Shown here piece by piece: positions 1-12,542 of a stretch of 64,000 bases of DNA (position 1 is its first letter; the number at the start of each line of letters is the position of its first letter). Below the pieces are notes generated by a model. That model saw only the letters and a list, made by a program, of their open reading frames with translations. It did no database searches and had not been told where the DNA came from. This stretch comes from Narcine bancroftii (taxonomy: Eukaryota), in the NCBI RefSeq assembly GCF_036971445.1, contig NC_091470.1, forward strand, positions 158,534,001-158,598,000, given 5' to 3'. The translations under genes and the position numbers were made by a program.

Positions 1-1244
1 GAGAGAGAGCAACTCTGCTCAGACTATAAAGAAATAGATTGCTTTGGATGGAGCTAAGGAACAGCAAGGGGAAAGTTGATTATGGGCATCCAGTCTTCGG
101 GCAAAGTATAAATCAGAAAGTTCAAGACTCATGTAACAGGTATAGCACAAGGGGAACTCTACATATCATGTGAGTGTTCCAGAATAGTGGTTCATGCCGG
201 AAGAGTCCAATGGGCTCTCATTACAATTCCGATTTGTTTCCATGCAAAATTAATACCTTGAATTTAAATCATATTAATCCATTGGCTCTTTTTGAAACCT
301 TTAAAAAATATTTTATTGATAATTTAACAATTAAAAAGTTGAAGAATACAATTATGAAGTGTGCTCCAACAAGAAAAAAAGTTATGAAAATGATCATAAG
401 TTTCAAAGAACAATCACGGTAATAAAACAGAACCTAACAAATGAGAGGAAAAAAAAAATCAAATCCCCTCCCTTAAACAAGGTTGAATATTAATGATCGT
501 AGATTCAAGTGGCCCAGTCTGACAGAGGGACAATACAAGGCCACAATTCCAGATTTACACTAAATCTTATGGTTTTAGTCCACGAACAAGCCCCATATCA
601 TTCGGAATTTAATATTTGTATTTTTTAAACCAAAAATAGATTTTATTCACCATAAATTATTTACAAAAGGAAAACCTTTCAAAGTCTGTTCCCACCCATA
701 CATTCCCGCCACTGTACATTGTTACATTTTATTCCATTTACACCGTTACCATATTTTACATTAAAAGAATCTTGCACTCTCCCAATGCATTAATTCAGCC
801 GAACAATTTGTCAGTTTATGGTACTCTCATGGTCACCTTTTTAAGTTATTTAGCCTACGGAAAGTTGTCATAGCCAGCTGTTGCGAATTTGAACATCTGA
901 TCCCCTTGGCCAATAAAAATAATTAAAGAAATTGAAGCAGTTGCCATTCGCCAGTAAAAATCACAACACTCCAAGCATTGAAAAGCATTGGAATGACAGC
1001 ACAACTTAAACTTAGAACTGAATAAGGGGTTATGAATGCAATAAATAAATCATTGATAATAGAGCGCTGATTTCTTGTGCCAGACTTGACATTTTCAGTT
1101 TTGGCCAATGCTTGGTAGTTAACAGATTCTTTGGGTTTAATGGTCTGACACATTAATCAATGAATAATACATACATATTTACGTCTTTTAGAGAGGGAGG
1201 CTTGGGCAAAGAGTTTGTATTTAATAAAGCCAGATTCAATATTT

Positions 1245-1395
1245 AAAAGGAGTAAAACACGAAAGTCTGCAGACACTGTGGTTGAAGTAAAAGCACAAAT
1301 GCTGGAGAAACTCAGCAGATCAAACAGTGTCCTTATGTAGCAAAGACAAAGATACAAGACCAACATTCTGGGCTTGAGCCCTTCATCAAGATATG
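1245..1395 (-). mobile_element. Penelope-like element terminal (pLTR) fragment with hammerhead-like motif
   Basis: Contains cacaaatgctggagaaactcagcag...gggcttgagcccttcatcaag. The same motif follows GIY-YIG-type C-terminal coding remnants at 8561-8960 and 30825-31340. Confidence 0.65.
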
Positions 1396-1471
1396 TATGC
1401 ATGAAACACAATGAGAAAGACAGAAGTACTTTGAAAATTAAAATTTTATTCAATCGCCTAATCTTACTCAC

Positions 1472-1583
1472 CTGTTGTACAATACCTTGCCTTGGGCCAG
1501 GGTTTTAGTGGCTTTTTCTGCAGAGGCACACTCTCTTCTACTCCTGGTCTAGAAACTTTTTCTCCTCTCCAAACTTCATCCAT
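1472..1583 (-). CDS. CLCNK: Probable first coding exon of a CLC-K chloride channel (gene runs off the left edge)
   Basis: The ATG at 1583 has a strong Kozak context (ataATGG). The exon encodes MDEVWRGEKVSRPGVEESVPLQKKPLKPWPKARYCTT(G) and ends at a perfect phase-1 donor CAG|GTGAGT (1471-1466). It resembles the recalled human CLCNKA N-terminus (..PVTLQELWGPCPHIRRAIQ|G), and CLCNKA is head-to-head with HSPB7 in human. Confidence 0.55.
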
Positions 1584-2213
1584 TATGCACACAAGACACT
1601 GAGAGATTTCTGTGCCATTCACCGCTGCTCTCAACCAACCCCACCCCGCAACATACACACACAGACAAACACACCGACAATCCTTTGCCAACGGTCTCCT
1701 GCCTTGGTACATCCAGGCAGTTTACTACAAACCTAGTTTAAATGGTAAAAAACACCTGCCCACTTCCAAAGCCCAAAACCACACCCCCCCTCCCAAGCCC
1801 AAAACCACACCTGCCATACAGAACACATAACATTTACAGTCATAACCTGCACTTGGAAGGTTCCCTGTGACAGTCAAAAGCTTTGCAAAAAGAAGCAAAT
1901 GGAATGGGATGATAGAAACTCAATGTAGATACAAATATTCACTGATTATAAGGAGGTCCAAAAATAATTAGAATGTCATCAATAACACATCTAAACTTGC
2001 ATTCTTTCTTTGGGAAATTAATGGCCTTCACTACAGTCAGTTTCCTATTTAGTATTTTCCACATTTATAAATAAACATAGAAACAGGAGCAGACCAGTCA
2101 GTGCTCTGAGCCTGATTAATTCAGTCTTGGTTTAGAACCATTCACCTGTCTTTTATACCCTTACTGATCCTGTCCACTAACCTGAATGAATGTTTCAAGG
2201 TGACCACTCACTG

Positions 2214-2310
2214 TGTCACTGAGGGCTGTATGGTTGATGTGCACTTCAGTAAAGCCTTTGACAAGGTCCCATATGGAAGACTGGTCCAAAAAGTAAGAAC
2301 CAATGAAATC
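2214..2310 (+). mobile_element. CR1-type LINE RT fragment
   Basis: cttcagtaaagcctttgacaaggtcccatatggaagactggtccaaaaagtaaga translates to FSKAFDKVPYGRLVQKVR, a CR1 RT motif. Confidence 0.7.
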
Positions 2311-2884
2311 CGATTCTACAAATACATCACCAGTTTGTTCCAGGTTCCACACTGGAGGACATAGTTCATAATTTTAAATGCCTCTACTGAATCATGCTTT
2401 AATTTTCTAGGGTTAAATGTTAAAAGAAATTTCTGTAATATTTCAGCAAAGTTAAAGATGTCATCCAATCACACCGGGGGAGGAAGTTAACTGGAGGACA
2501 TGACATTTTCTGACCTGGTGAAAATTAATTCAAAACCTGGATCACTTCAGCAATTGATGCAATCAGAAGTTAAAGCAAAAAAATTTCTGCCTAGCTAAAG
2601 GATGATCTCCAGGTGTCTGAAGTTAATAAGAAGGCCTAATCTTCTAAAAAAGGTCTGGCCAAACATAAACTGGAGGGGACAGACACTGATGGGAAATCTT
2701 AAGTTACCTGTGTGAAAAAGGTAATTTTTCATCATTTCCTATGATTCCATAAATGTGTTAGGCTAAAATAACACCTTTAAATGACATGTCTCATTCCTAA
2801 CAACATCCCATTTGTACTGTTCCATTTTTGTCATCAGATGCTCAATAGAAGAAGGAATAGAATTCGGCCCGAGTGGGGTTTTTG

Positions 2885-3010
2885 CTTGAGTGACCCAGGG
2901 TCAATCCTGAGCTCAGAAGCTGTCTGTGTGGAGTTTGCACATTTCACTTGTGACCAAGGGGGTTTTCTTCAGTTGCTCTAATTTTGTTCCACTTTCCAAA
3001 GACTTGCAAG
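2885..3010 (+). mobile_element. Degenerate V-SINE (HE1-like tRNA-derived SINE)
   Basis: B-box-like gggtcaatcct followed by tgtgtggagtttgcacatt...ccactttccaaagac, the V-domain core. Confidence 0.6.
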
Positions 3011-3127
3011 CTTGCAAAATTCAGATTTATTGTCAGAGTACATATATGACATCGCATAGATCCCTGAGATTCTTTTTCCTGCAGGCAAGGCAAAATTTCT
3101 ACTTATCAGTAGTGCACTGTACTCAAG

Positions 3128-4520
3128 AAAGTCAAGTTTATTGTCATCTGATTGCACAAGTACAACCTGATGAAACAGCGTTCTCTGGTTCTCAGTGCAA
3201 AACATGCAGACACACAACCAGACACATCACACATACAGACACACAATACAAATGCAGGACAAGTCAAGTCAACTTTATTTATCATTCATACCATGCTCTT
3301 ATGGTATAGATGTATACACTGAAAGTCCATGGTACACTATGCACATCTGTACTGGAAGTTCAGGAACTTGATGGCTTGGGGGGGGGGGGGGGAAAGCTGT
3401 TTCCCACACTGGACATAAGGGGCCTAAAGTGCTACAGTTCCTTCTGCCAGGCAGAATATGTGGAGTCTTTCACAATGTTCATTGCTTTCTGCCTCCATTG
3501 ATTGTAATAGATGCCCTTCATGCAAGGAAGAGGTTTCCCTGTGGTCTTTTCCGTTGACTTCACTATCCTCTGCAGGGTCTTGCAGTCCAAGATGGTACAG
3601 CTTCTAAACCAGATGGAGATACAGTTGCACAGGATGCTCTTGATACATCCTCTGTAGAATGTAGTGAGGATGGAGGATTGGAGATGGACTTTCCTCAGCC
3701 TTTGCAGGAAGTAGAGGTGCTGCTGGGCTTTCTTGGCTATAGAGCTGTGTTGAGGGACCAGGAGAGATTCTCTGCCAGGTGCACTTTGAGGAACTTGATA
3801 CTCTTGACGACCTCAACATTAGAGCTGTTATTGGTCAGGGGAGCATGTTCTCTCTGGGCTCTCCTGATGTTTCATGAAAATGAGAGTCTTTAACCATCCA
3901 AGAGCAGCGCCTTTGGTCAGCATTCTCACTACTCATGGGAAGAAGCTATTTCTCAGCCTGGCTAGCTCTGATACTCCTGTATCTCATTCCTGATAAGAGC
4001 ACCTGTGTGCGGGATGGAAGGGGTTCTCAACGATTTTGTGCTCCTTCAGACAATGATCCCAGTAGATTACGTTAATGGAGTGGAGGGAGACTCCAGTGAT
4101 CCTCTCTGCCACTCAAATGGTCCTGTGGATTGATCTCCAATTCATTTCTCTGCATCAACCGTACCACATGTGATGCAGCCGGCCAGGACTCTCTTGACAG
4201 AGCTCAAGGTTGACAAGATGGCGGCTGGTAGCCTTTGCCGCTTCAGTCTTCTTCAGAAGTGCAGACGCTGCTGCACTTTCCCGACAAGTGAAGAGATGTT
4301 GCGTGCCCACGATAGGTCACGAGTTAAGTGGATTCCAAGGAACTTGGTGCTCTCCACTCTCTCCATTACAGTGTTATTAACGTTTAGGGGAGAATGGCCG
4401 TTCCTGTCTTCCTGAAGTCTATGATCACCTCCTTCGTCTTGTCCACGTAAAGACTCTGGTTGTTACTCTTGCCCCGATTTTCCACCTCCTCCGCAGTGTG
4501 ACTTGTTATTGCTGATTAAA
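3128..4520 (-). mobile_element. Cluster of Rex1/Babar-like LINE 3' fragments
   Basis: The 3' tail caagtcaagtttattgtc is shared with 22910-23040. Minus-strand remnants include KFLGIHLTRDLSWARN and QRLHF.RRLKR-like text (4240-4350), and a second copy at 3540-3870. Confidence 0.65.
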
Positions 4521-5835
4521 ATTTTATGGATAGAAAAGCGAGAAATGTAAACATGAGAAAAAGTGCAAATAACTGTACAATATAGAAAATAAATATACAA
4601 TAATACATAATGTGCAAATAAGTCTCTGATTTTACCAATCTGATGGTGGAGGTGTAGCAACTGTTCCTTAACACAGTGGTACAAGTCTTGAGGCCCCTTC
4701 TGTAAACTGATCCCAGTAAGCATTTTCTCTGTCACACAGTGCTCCCCACTTTTGTGGAACCTTAGTCTCTTGTCTACAAAGCACACAAAAGTAAAGCTTT
4801 TCACTGCATTGTGACATACTTGACAATTCAAACTAATTCAATGAGTGAGTGAATCTGGGGTGAGTTGATGCAAATATGGGCATAATAAAATAGGATTAAG
4901 GAAGGATGTGTGGAGATGGGCATCTCAGCCCAGTTTTGTTGAGCCAAGGGGCAGTAGGATGATGCTTTGGGGCAATAACGGACCGGACAATGCAAGGATG
5001 GCTGTCTCCTCTGCAATGTCGCTGACATGAGACGCAGAGAAACCAGCAAGGAGAGGAAATTCTGAGACAAGCTGTAGGAAGCATTCAATAGGATGGCTTC
5101 ACAAAGATTGTTTTGGACCAACCATGCACAAAGCTATGGAGGACTTAAAGAAAGCAGCTCCATGCATTTTCCAGCATTTTGAAACTGTTCAAGAATGTGA
5201 TTTTCAATTAATACACAAATATTCAGAAAACAAGAAATATCAAGAGGGGCAAAATGTTTCATTCCTTTCAGATGCCAATTTAAAGAGTAAAGGATCGAAA
5301 CAATAAAAAGATGAAGTGGAATGTTTTAGTGTGAAAGCTGGTCTGTATATGCAATCAATACCAGAATCATAGAACAGCACAATACAGGCCCATCAGCCCT
5401 CAATGTTATGCTGACCTATCTATTCATACCAAAACAAAAACTAAGCTCTTCCTACCGCATAACCCTCTATTTTTCTTTCATCATGAACATGTCACGAAAT
5501 TTGTGGCTTTGCTGCAGCAGAACAAGGTGCAAAATTACTGTAAATTGCAATCCCCTAAATACAAGATATTTTAAAATAAATAATCAGTGCAAGAAAGAGA
5601 AAACGCGAGGTTGTGTCCATAGGTTCATGGTTCATTCAGAAATCTGATGGCAGAGGGGAAGCTGTGTATGTCTTCAGGTTCCTGTGCCTGAGAAAAGGGG
5701 ATGGCCTGGGTGGTGAGGGTCCTAGATGAGAGAAGCTCCTTTCTTGAGGCGCCGGCTCTTACAGATGTCCTTAATGGATTGAAGATGAATGCCAAGTTTA
5801 CAACCCTCTGTAGCCTGTTCCTTTCCTGTGCATTG

Positions 5836-6484
5836 CCCTTTTCACACCGCAGTGCAAAATTAAGATTCTCTGGAAATTTTCACAGGAACCATCCTGTGAA
5901 CCTGCGGTGTGAAAAAGGTCGGCCCAGGAATTTTAAATGCCCCTGGGAAATTTTCCCGGACCACCCTCTCCCTGCGATGTGAAAAGTCAAGTGACCAAGC
6001 AGGGAAGCTTTGTGATGTCAACGGTTGCGTGCTGTATCATGTAGGTGATTAAGATGAAAAGATACCTACCTCCTGACAACAGCGGGCCATTTCGGCATGC
6101 TGCGACAGAAGCACAATGCAAGATGAATGGCCATCCTCGTTAACCATAATCCCTCACACAGCTCTGTGATTATGGGAAACAAAGACGGCCATTCATCCTG
6201 CATTGTGCCACCGCCGCGACGTGCCAAAGTGCGGTGAGAGGCCAGTGGGGGTGGTGGTGTGGAGGGGGAGAGAAGGAGCTAGTGAGCGGGCAGACAAGCA
6301 ACCAACAGATGGGGGGAGGTGAACTTACTCCTGTGAGTGCGTCACTTATCATAGACTGGGGGAAAGACCACCCCTAAATTGCTGAGGAGGGCAAATTCCC
6401 GGGAATTTGGTCTGCGGTGTAAAAGGCCCGGGAATTTCACCAGGACAAACTAGGGTCACCACTCGCCTGCAGTGTGAAAGCAGC
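5836..6484. mobile_element. Non-autonomous DNA transposon (Harbinger-like TIRs) inserted in a Rex-like LINE remnant
   Basis: Left end gcccttttcacaccgcag matches the reverse complement of the right end, gctgctttcacactgcag. The internal ctgcggtgtgaaaa motif is repeated. LINE sequence resumes on both sides. Confidence 0.55.
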
Positions 6485-8409
6485 TGCTCTCCATGGTACA
6501 CCTGTAGCAAGTTGCAAGTGTTTGGTGACATGCCAAATCTCCTAACGAAGTATAACCACTGGAGTACCTTCTTCATGTCTGCATCGACATGATGTCCCCC
6601 AGGATAGGCCTTCCGACCCATCACTTGAAAATTTAAGACACACTTGTTTGGCAATTATACAAAAATATATTTGGAAGATGGCCCTGATCTTCTTTGAACT
6701 GCAGCACTTTCCATGCATCCCAATGCCCTGAGGTCATCACTCTGTAGCACGAGTCTGATATTCTCCGCCACAGATTCGTTCTGGGTTAGGCAGAGCGGCT
6801 GATCCCCCTCCCTCCCGATTACAGTCCAGATTTATTCAGCACGATGACGTGAACAATGCACGCCAATGGGATCATGCCTGTGATTCAGCACAGATTACAG
6901 AAACAACAGTTCTTCTGCCATATCATTCTATTCAATCAAAGGCTACTTACTGTGTTTTCAATCTCACTAACCCAAGCATACATCCTCTCCCTAGCACTCA
7001 CTAGCTAATCCACCTCAGGACTCTTAACATTTATAACATTAAAATCACTTAAACCTTCCTTAAGACTGGTCAGCCGTGCTTGGAAGTCAATATGAATCAG
7101 CCATTCGTGAACAATTTGGATGAGATAGGTGGATTCAAGGATAGATATATGATGGATCATCTATAAGTTTATTGTGACAACACCAGCTGGCATTTCACAG
7201 AAGGAACTGACAACACCATCTGCCAATGACTTAACCTAGCGTTGATTCCTTTCACAAGGTCCTTCCATACAAGGCCAGCATAGAACAATTCTGAAACATT
7301 GTTTGCTAACTGCCATGTTAGCATGGCAATGTCATTCCCCTTTGTCCTCATCTTAGGGGCTCTCCTACCCAATGCACACAAACGAATGAAAATTTGTGCT
7401 CTAACCCCACAAACTATTTACTCTAAGTTTGTAAACAGACAACTGTTAATGTGCCCAATGGAATAATATGAACATTTTGAATAGTCTTGAGACATTTTTT
7501 TTAAAAGCATTATTTTGAAATTTAAGAAAAGCCACAGCCCTCCCCGGATGAACTTGCGGCATAAATTCCAGACCATCGTCCTCCTCTGGCCTTGTCCCAC
7601 TAATGGTCACTTGACCACTTTTCCATGTGGCCCACATGGCACTAGGTGGAAGAACCAGATGCTTTCCACTGACATTCTGAAACCCCGTCCCATCTCCAGA
7701 ACCGAGGCCATGAGCAAAGTGACCCAGTTTTGGACAGAACAAGTTGCTTGCATGGCCCCAGTAGAAGAACTCCTGAAGCTTATTTTACGGAGAGCTGGGT
7801 CTGTTGTGGCAGAAATGGGAAAATAAAATGCCATAGACGTGCAGTAAATGCCTCATGAATACCCTCTCACAATATTAACCACGATGTCAGCACAGTCACT
7901 GGCAGCCCAGTGGTCGGGCTTGTGCCAAGCCAGTGAGGCTCCGAGTTGGTGAGGTTCCAAAGGCAAAAGCTAGGGCAGCGGTTCTCCACCCACCGATGGG
8001 ATATGTCCCTTTGGTGGACCACAGTGTATTTCCATGTAGATCTTTTAAAAATGTCATATAAAATACTTCAAATTAGATAAATGTGTTTCTTACAGAGCTG
8101 CCTTTGACTCAGTCATTGCCATTAGTGAGCCATGATCTGTTAGGCCAGAAAGCCAAGTGGGCCTTAGACTGAAAAAAAGGTGAGAACCACTCCACTAGAC
8201 ACACAAAATAAACAGTTCCCACCTCATCTGGCTTCTGCCTGCTTGTGGTTGACCCAAGTTGAGCAGTTTTCCCAAATGCCTCTCAGACATCAGCTGATTC
8301 ATTCATCTGGACTGGACAAAAAAGGACAACAGCTCACTCCGTACAGCCCTTTCCACACCATTCATTGCTTCCTGTGTACTGGTTTTAGATGTGCTTTTTA
8401 GGTATCATC

Positions 8410-8560
8410 NNNNNNNNNNNNNNNNNNNNNNNNNNNNNNNNNNNNNNNNNNNNNNNNNNNNNNNNNNNNNNNNNNNNNNNNNNNNNNNNNNNNNNNNNNN
8501 NNNNNNNNNNNNNNNNNNNNNNNNNNNNNNNNNNNNNNNNNNNNNNNNNNNNNNNNNNNN
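8410..8560. other. Assembly gap (run of N)
   Basis: Continuous N run. Confidence 1.
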
Positions 8561-8960
8561 TGAAGGAGCAACATCTAATATGCTGCCTGGGCACTCTCCA
8601 ACTGGATGGCATTAGCATTAACTTCTCTGGTTTCTGCTGGCCTACTCCCCATTCTCCCTCTCTTCCCTATCCCTCCCTCTCCTTTCCTCCAACTCCACTC
8701 TCTTCCCTCGCGACTCACAGGGCTATCCACCTCTCCCTCTACCTAGCTGCTATTGTGCCCTCTCTCCTTTATGACATCTTGCCTGTGGACTCATGTTCCT
8801 CACCCTGTCCCTCTGCCTACCATTTTATTCAGGCGCCTGCCTACATTTTGCTCATGGCCCGAAATATTGGTCAAGTATCTTTATCTTTGCTATATAAAGG
8901 ACACTGTTTGACCTGCTGAGTTTCTCCACCATCATGTTTTTACTTTAATCACGACTTTCA
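8561..8960 (+). mobile_element. Penelope-like element 3' fragment (GIY-YIG C-terminus plus pLTR)
   Basis: Encodes KEQHLICCLGTLQLDGISINFS, followed by a pyrimidine-rich spacer and tttgacctgctgagtttctcca. Confidence 0.7.
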
Positions 8961-9619
8961 TGTCTTATACCAGACCTTTGTCTTCATTGGTCAAGGAAAA
9001 CTTGCCACTACTTCAGTTCTAGGGGATCTGATGTATGATCCAGACTCGGACATGAGGTGCTTGACAAGGTGAGCAGTTTGGGACGAGGCACACTGTTTCT
9101 GCTCTTTCAGCCTAGCTCCAAGTAGTTCTGATGAAGAGGCTCTCATTGCCATCCTAGATGCTCCATCTGCCTTTGACGGCAACTCCTCATGTGTTTCAAA
9201 GGATGTGTGACAAAAGTGATAACCAAAAAGAAGGGCCAGTGGTTCCCAAAAATTGGAGGGAATGTGAAAGGAAGATCTGAGGACATCCAATAGTGACATT
9301 CATTGTGATGAGCTTGGTATACATGCCTGTGGTTGGGACTCGGTCTCAGGCACGTGAAGCCCATCTGAACTAGCTCTGTGTAGAGCCTTGATACTTGGAC
9401 TGTTAGATTGCTTTTCCTGTCAGTAGATTCAATGGATTTTACAGAAAACAGATGGAGATTTTATTGAATGGAGATTGGTAATAATGATATTGTTAGTCAC
9501 AGAGTCATACGGCCCAGAAACATGCCCCTCAACCCATCGAGTCTGTGACAAGCATCAAACGCACATTTACCCAAATCCTACATTTATCTCGTTTTATTCC
9601 TCTGAATCAGAGGAGATGG

Positions 9620-9870
9620 AAGGCAGGACTATCAAATCACATGAGACAGGGTGGGCAGCCTTTTCCCCCAGGGTAAGGGAGTGCAGACTAGAGATGAATT
9701 TAATGTGACGGGGGGGGGGGGGGGGGGGGGGGGGTGGAGGGAACATTTAAGGGTGATGTGTGGTGCAAATTTATTTTACACAGAGAGTGGTGGGATCCTG
9801 GAACCAGCTACCAGGAGAAGGGGTGGAAGTAAATTCAATAGTTGCATTTAAGAGACCTCAGGTTAGAAAT
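9620..9870 (+). mobile_element. CR1-type LINE 3' fragment with poly-G expansion
   Basis: ctttttccccagggta...ttttacacagagagtggtggg...tggaac is typical CR1 3' coding sequence. Confidence 0.6.
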
Positions 9871-12150
9871 GAAGGGGAGGGAGGGATGGGTCAAGTGCAG
9901 GCAGCAGTTTTGGTTTGATGTGTGCTGATAGAGTGCTAGTGCTAATCCTAACCACTAGAGGGAGTCAGGAGATGAGCTGTTGCAACTTGCATAGATTCAA
10001 AATGGATTCCTCCACAACACCTTGTCTGTGTGTGTTCTAGCTAATAAATATAGTTGTTTTAAACAAACCCACATTTCTTTATTATATTAAAAGAAACATC
10101 ACAATTTGGACATCATGTCCAGCACAGATATCTGCATTGAAGGGCCTGTTCCTTTGCTGTACTGTTCAAAGTTCTAACATGTAGACTGTTCCTTATGCAG
10201 TGGGATGAATGCAGACTATATTTCTTGAAGTCTACATTAAGGAATGGAAATGGGTAATTGTGATTGTTAGTCATCGATAGAGTCAGAGTCATGCAGCACA
10301 GAAACAGGCCCATCAGCCCACAAAGACCATGCTAACCAGCAAATGCACATTCACATCAAACCTTGGTTGATCCCATTTTTAAAATTCTCCCCACATCCTC
10401 AGCAACTCTGATATTCTACTATGCATACCAGGGGTAATTTATCCCAAAAAAAATGTTATACCAAGCAATAGGATGTGGGAAGAAAAGAGAGCATTCGGAG
10501 AAAATTCAGGTCTCTGGCACTGTGAGGCAGCGGCTCATTTCACGAGATTACTAGTCACTAAAAGCAATCTGGCCTCAGGGGTCAAGGTTGTTCGTAGAAT
10601 ATGAGGAATGACGTGCTTGGAGGCACACTAACTTCAGTGAGGTGTAACGCAGTACTTGAAATGGAAAAGAAGATAATTAATTATTAAAGATTTAAAATAT
10701 AATTTAAACAGAAGCATAAACTGCACGGTGATGGTGGCAAGAAATAGTGAGAATTTTCAACGTCATACAAAATGCAAAATTTCTCAAGGTCTGGTTCAGG
10801 ATAGGAGGTTGAGGGAACTCCAGGAAAAGTGGGGAGGGTGAGTTTCCAGTGGACGGCGATGTTTTTCCATATTAAAACTCAGATATACAATTACCATTGT
10901 GTGCCAACACTGCCATCATCTCCTGAGCAATATACCATGATTTATTCGCCCATCTTCGTGACCTCACACCCACACCCACCAAACTAGGAAGTCCTGGGCT
11001 AGGATCATGAAGTAAAGGTTGAAGAAGATAAGCCCTGACCTCAGGGAGATGAAAACTGAGACCCAAAGCTGTGATAGCAAGTAGAAGTTGAAAGCTGATG
11101 TTACCAAGTGTTGTTTAACACAATTAAGACAAGTAGGGGAAGCAAAGCAGATTTGACATTTGCCTTGTTAAATAAAGATAAGTTGGATCAAATGAAGCGA
11201 ACAAAACTGTAACTCTGTATTTCACTTTAACGGCAGTAAAGTTGTGTAATGATTCAGATGAGCGTGGACTTACCAAGTGGTTCCATGTGGACGTTCCAGA
11301 AGCAGCGTAAATGCAAACGGTGTGAACATTTGATGACGATTGGCAGTAAGGCGTTTGATGTTGTTGTGAAGTATATTAAATAATCTGGCTCATTCGGGCC
11401 TTTGGCGGTGCCAGACGGGCAGATTTTCTTTGGAGCTACTATCACATTTCTCATTCAGCATTGTTAGGCCATAATACATTTTCTGGTGAATTTAATAGGT
11501 TTAACGGGAGCCGGATCCCATGAATAAGGAACGAGAGATTGTCGTATTCTCAATTACAATGTATAGGTGCACCAAAATTCTTACATGCTGCAAAGTACAC
11601 CAACTGCAATAGTATGCGCTAAATAGATTGCAGGAACTGAGTGGGAAGGAAGAGTGGCGAACATCACCCAGTAAGCTCGACGCCAAACACTGGGATTTCT
11701 GAATTGCTGGACAGCATATTATCAGAGTTTCACTCTGCTGGAAATGACAAATATATCAAAGTCTGAATAAGGTTTCAGCATCTTTTAAAGAGAAAAATAT
11801 AGGTGGAATATTTAGCAGATCTTTTTAAATGAACTGCAGTTTATCGACGACTTCATTAACTAAATTCGGAGTAAATTAAGTTCAAAAGGTTACATTAGAC
11901 ATTTCTCCAATCTTTACAATTCTCCCAATCAGATGCTATGAGTCCATATTAAGTATTTTGCAGATTCCGGTCAGTAGCTTTACAAGAATTGCAATGCTAG
12001 GAATCAAATTGCTTTTTTAGGTTCTCCATTGAGCAGTCGCGGAATGCCTGCTATGAGGACATATTCCTGGATCACTCCATTTGTTTGTAGAGCTCTGGCA
12101 ACCTTTCATCTGTTCGAGTTTTCACAACTGCATGCCTGATGTGGCCAGGG

Positions 12151-12160
12151 CTAAAATTAA
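12151..12160 (+). promoter_or_regulatory. MEF2 site in HSPB7 promoter
   Basis: CTAAAATTAA matches YTA(W)4TAR, about 45 bp upstream of the TATA box. Confidence 0.6.
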
Positions 12161-12205
12161 CATCAGGTTTTAACATCGGCTGTCAGGCTAGTTGGTAAGA
12201 GTCTG

Positions 12206-12213
12206 TATAAAAG
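12206..12213 (+). promoter_or_regulatory. HSPB7 TATA box
   Basis: TATAAAAG lies about 140 bp upstream of the start codon with no intervening ATG. Confidence 0.75.
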
Positions 12214-12346
12214 CTGAGTAGAACACCACTGGAGCACAAAAGACGATTCAGACTTCAGACGCTTATCCAGCGTTACCAGATCATTTGGGTTACTAGAAAG
12301 GAGCTGATTCATTTGACGGTTGTTACTAAAGGTTTATCTGCCTTCC

Positions 12347-12542
12347 ATGAGTATAAGATCTTCCACTGCTTTCAGATCTCAGCACTGCTTTCACCAGAAC
12401 ACCACTTCCTCCTCTGTCTCAGCTCCCAGCTTGGATCAGTACATGGATAAAACAAGGGGTCTCTTTGGGGACGATTTTGAGAAGTCCTCAATCCTTCATG
12501 GAAGCTACTTGAGGCCACGAGATGAACAAATGGGATTTTCAG
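12347..12542 (+). CDS. HSPB7: Heat shock protein beta-7 (cvHSP), exon 1
   Basis: Encodes MSIRSSTAFRSQHCFHQNTTSSSVSAPSLDQYMDKTRGLFGDDFEKSSILHGSYLRPRDEQMGFS(G), similar to the human N-terminus MSHRTSSTFRAE...MEKALSMFSDDFGSFMRP. It ends at a phase-1 CAG|GCAAGT donor. Confidence 0.9.

Noticed and set aside
8389-8919. ORFs spanning the N run
   Set aside because: Artefacts of the assembly gap plus a Penelope remnant.
9710-9735. Long poly-G runs (also 3377-3392 and 31075-31093) as functional G-quadruplexes
   Set aside because: They lie inside TE remnants, and homopolymer lengths are error-prone.
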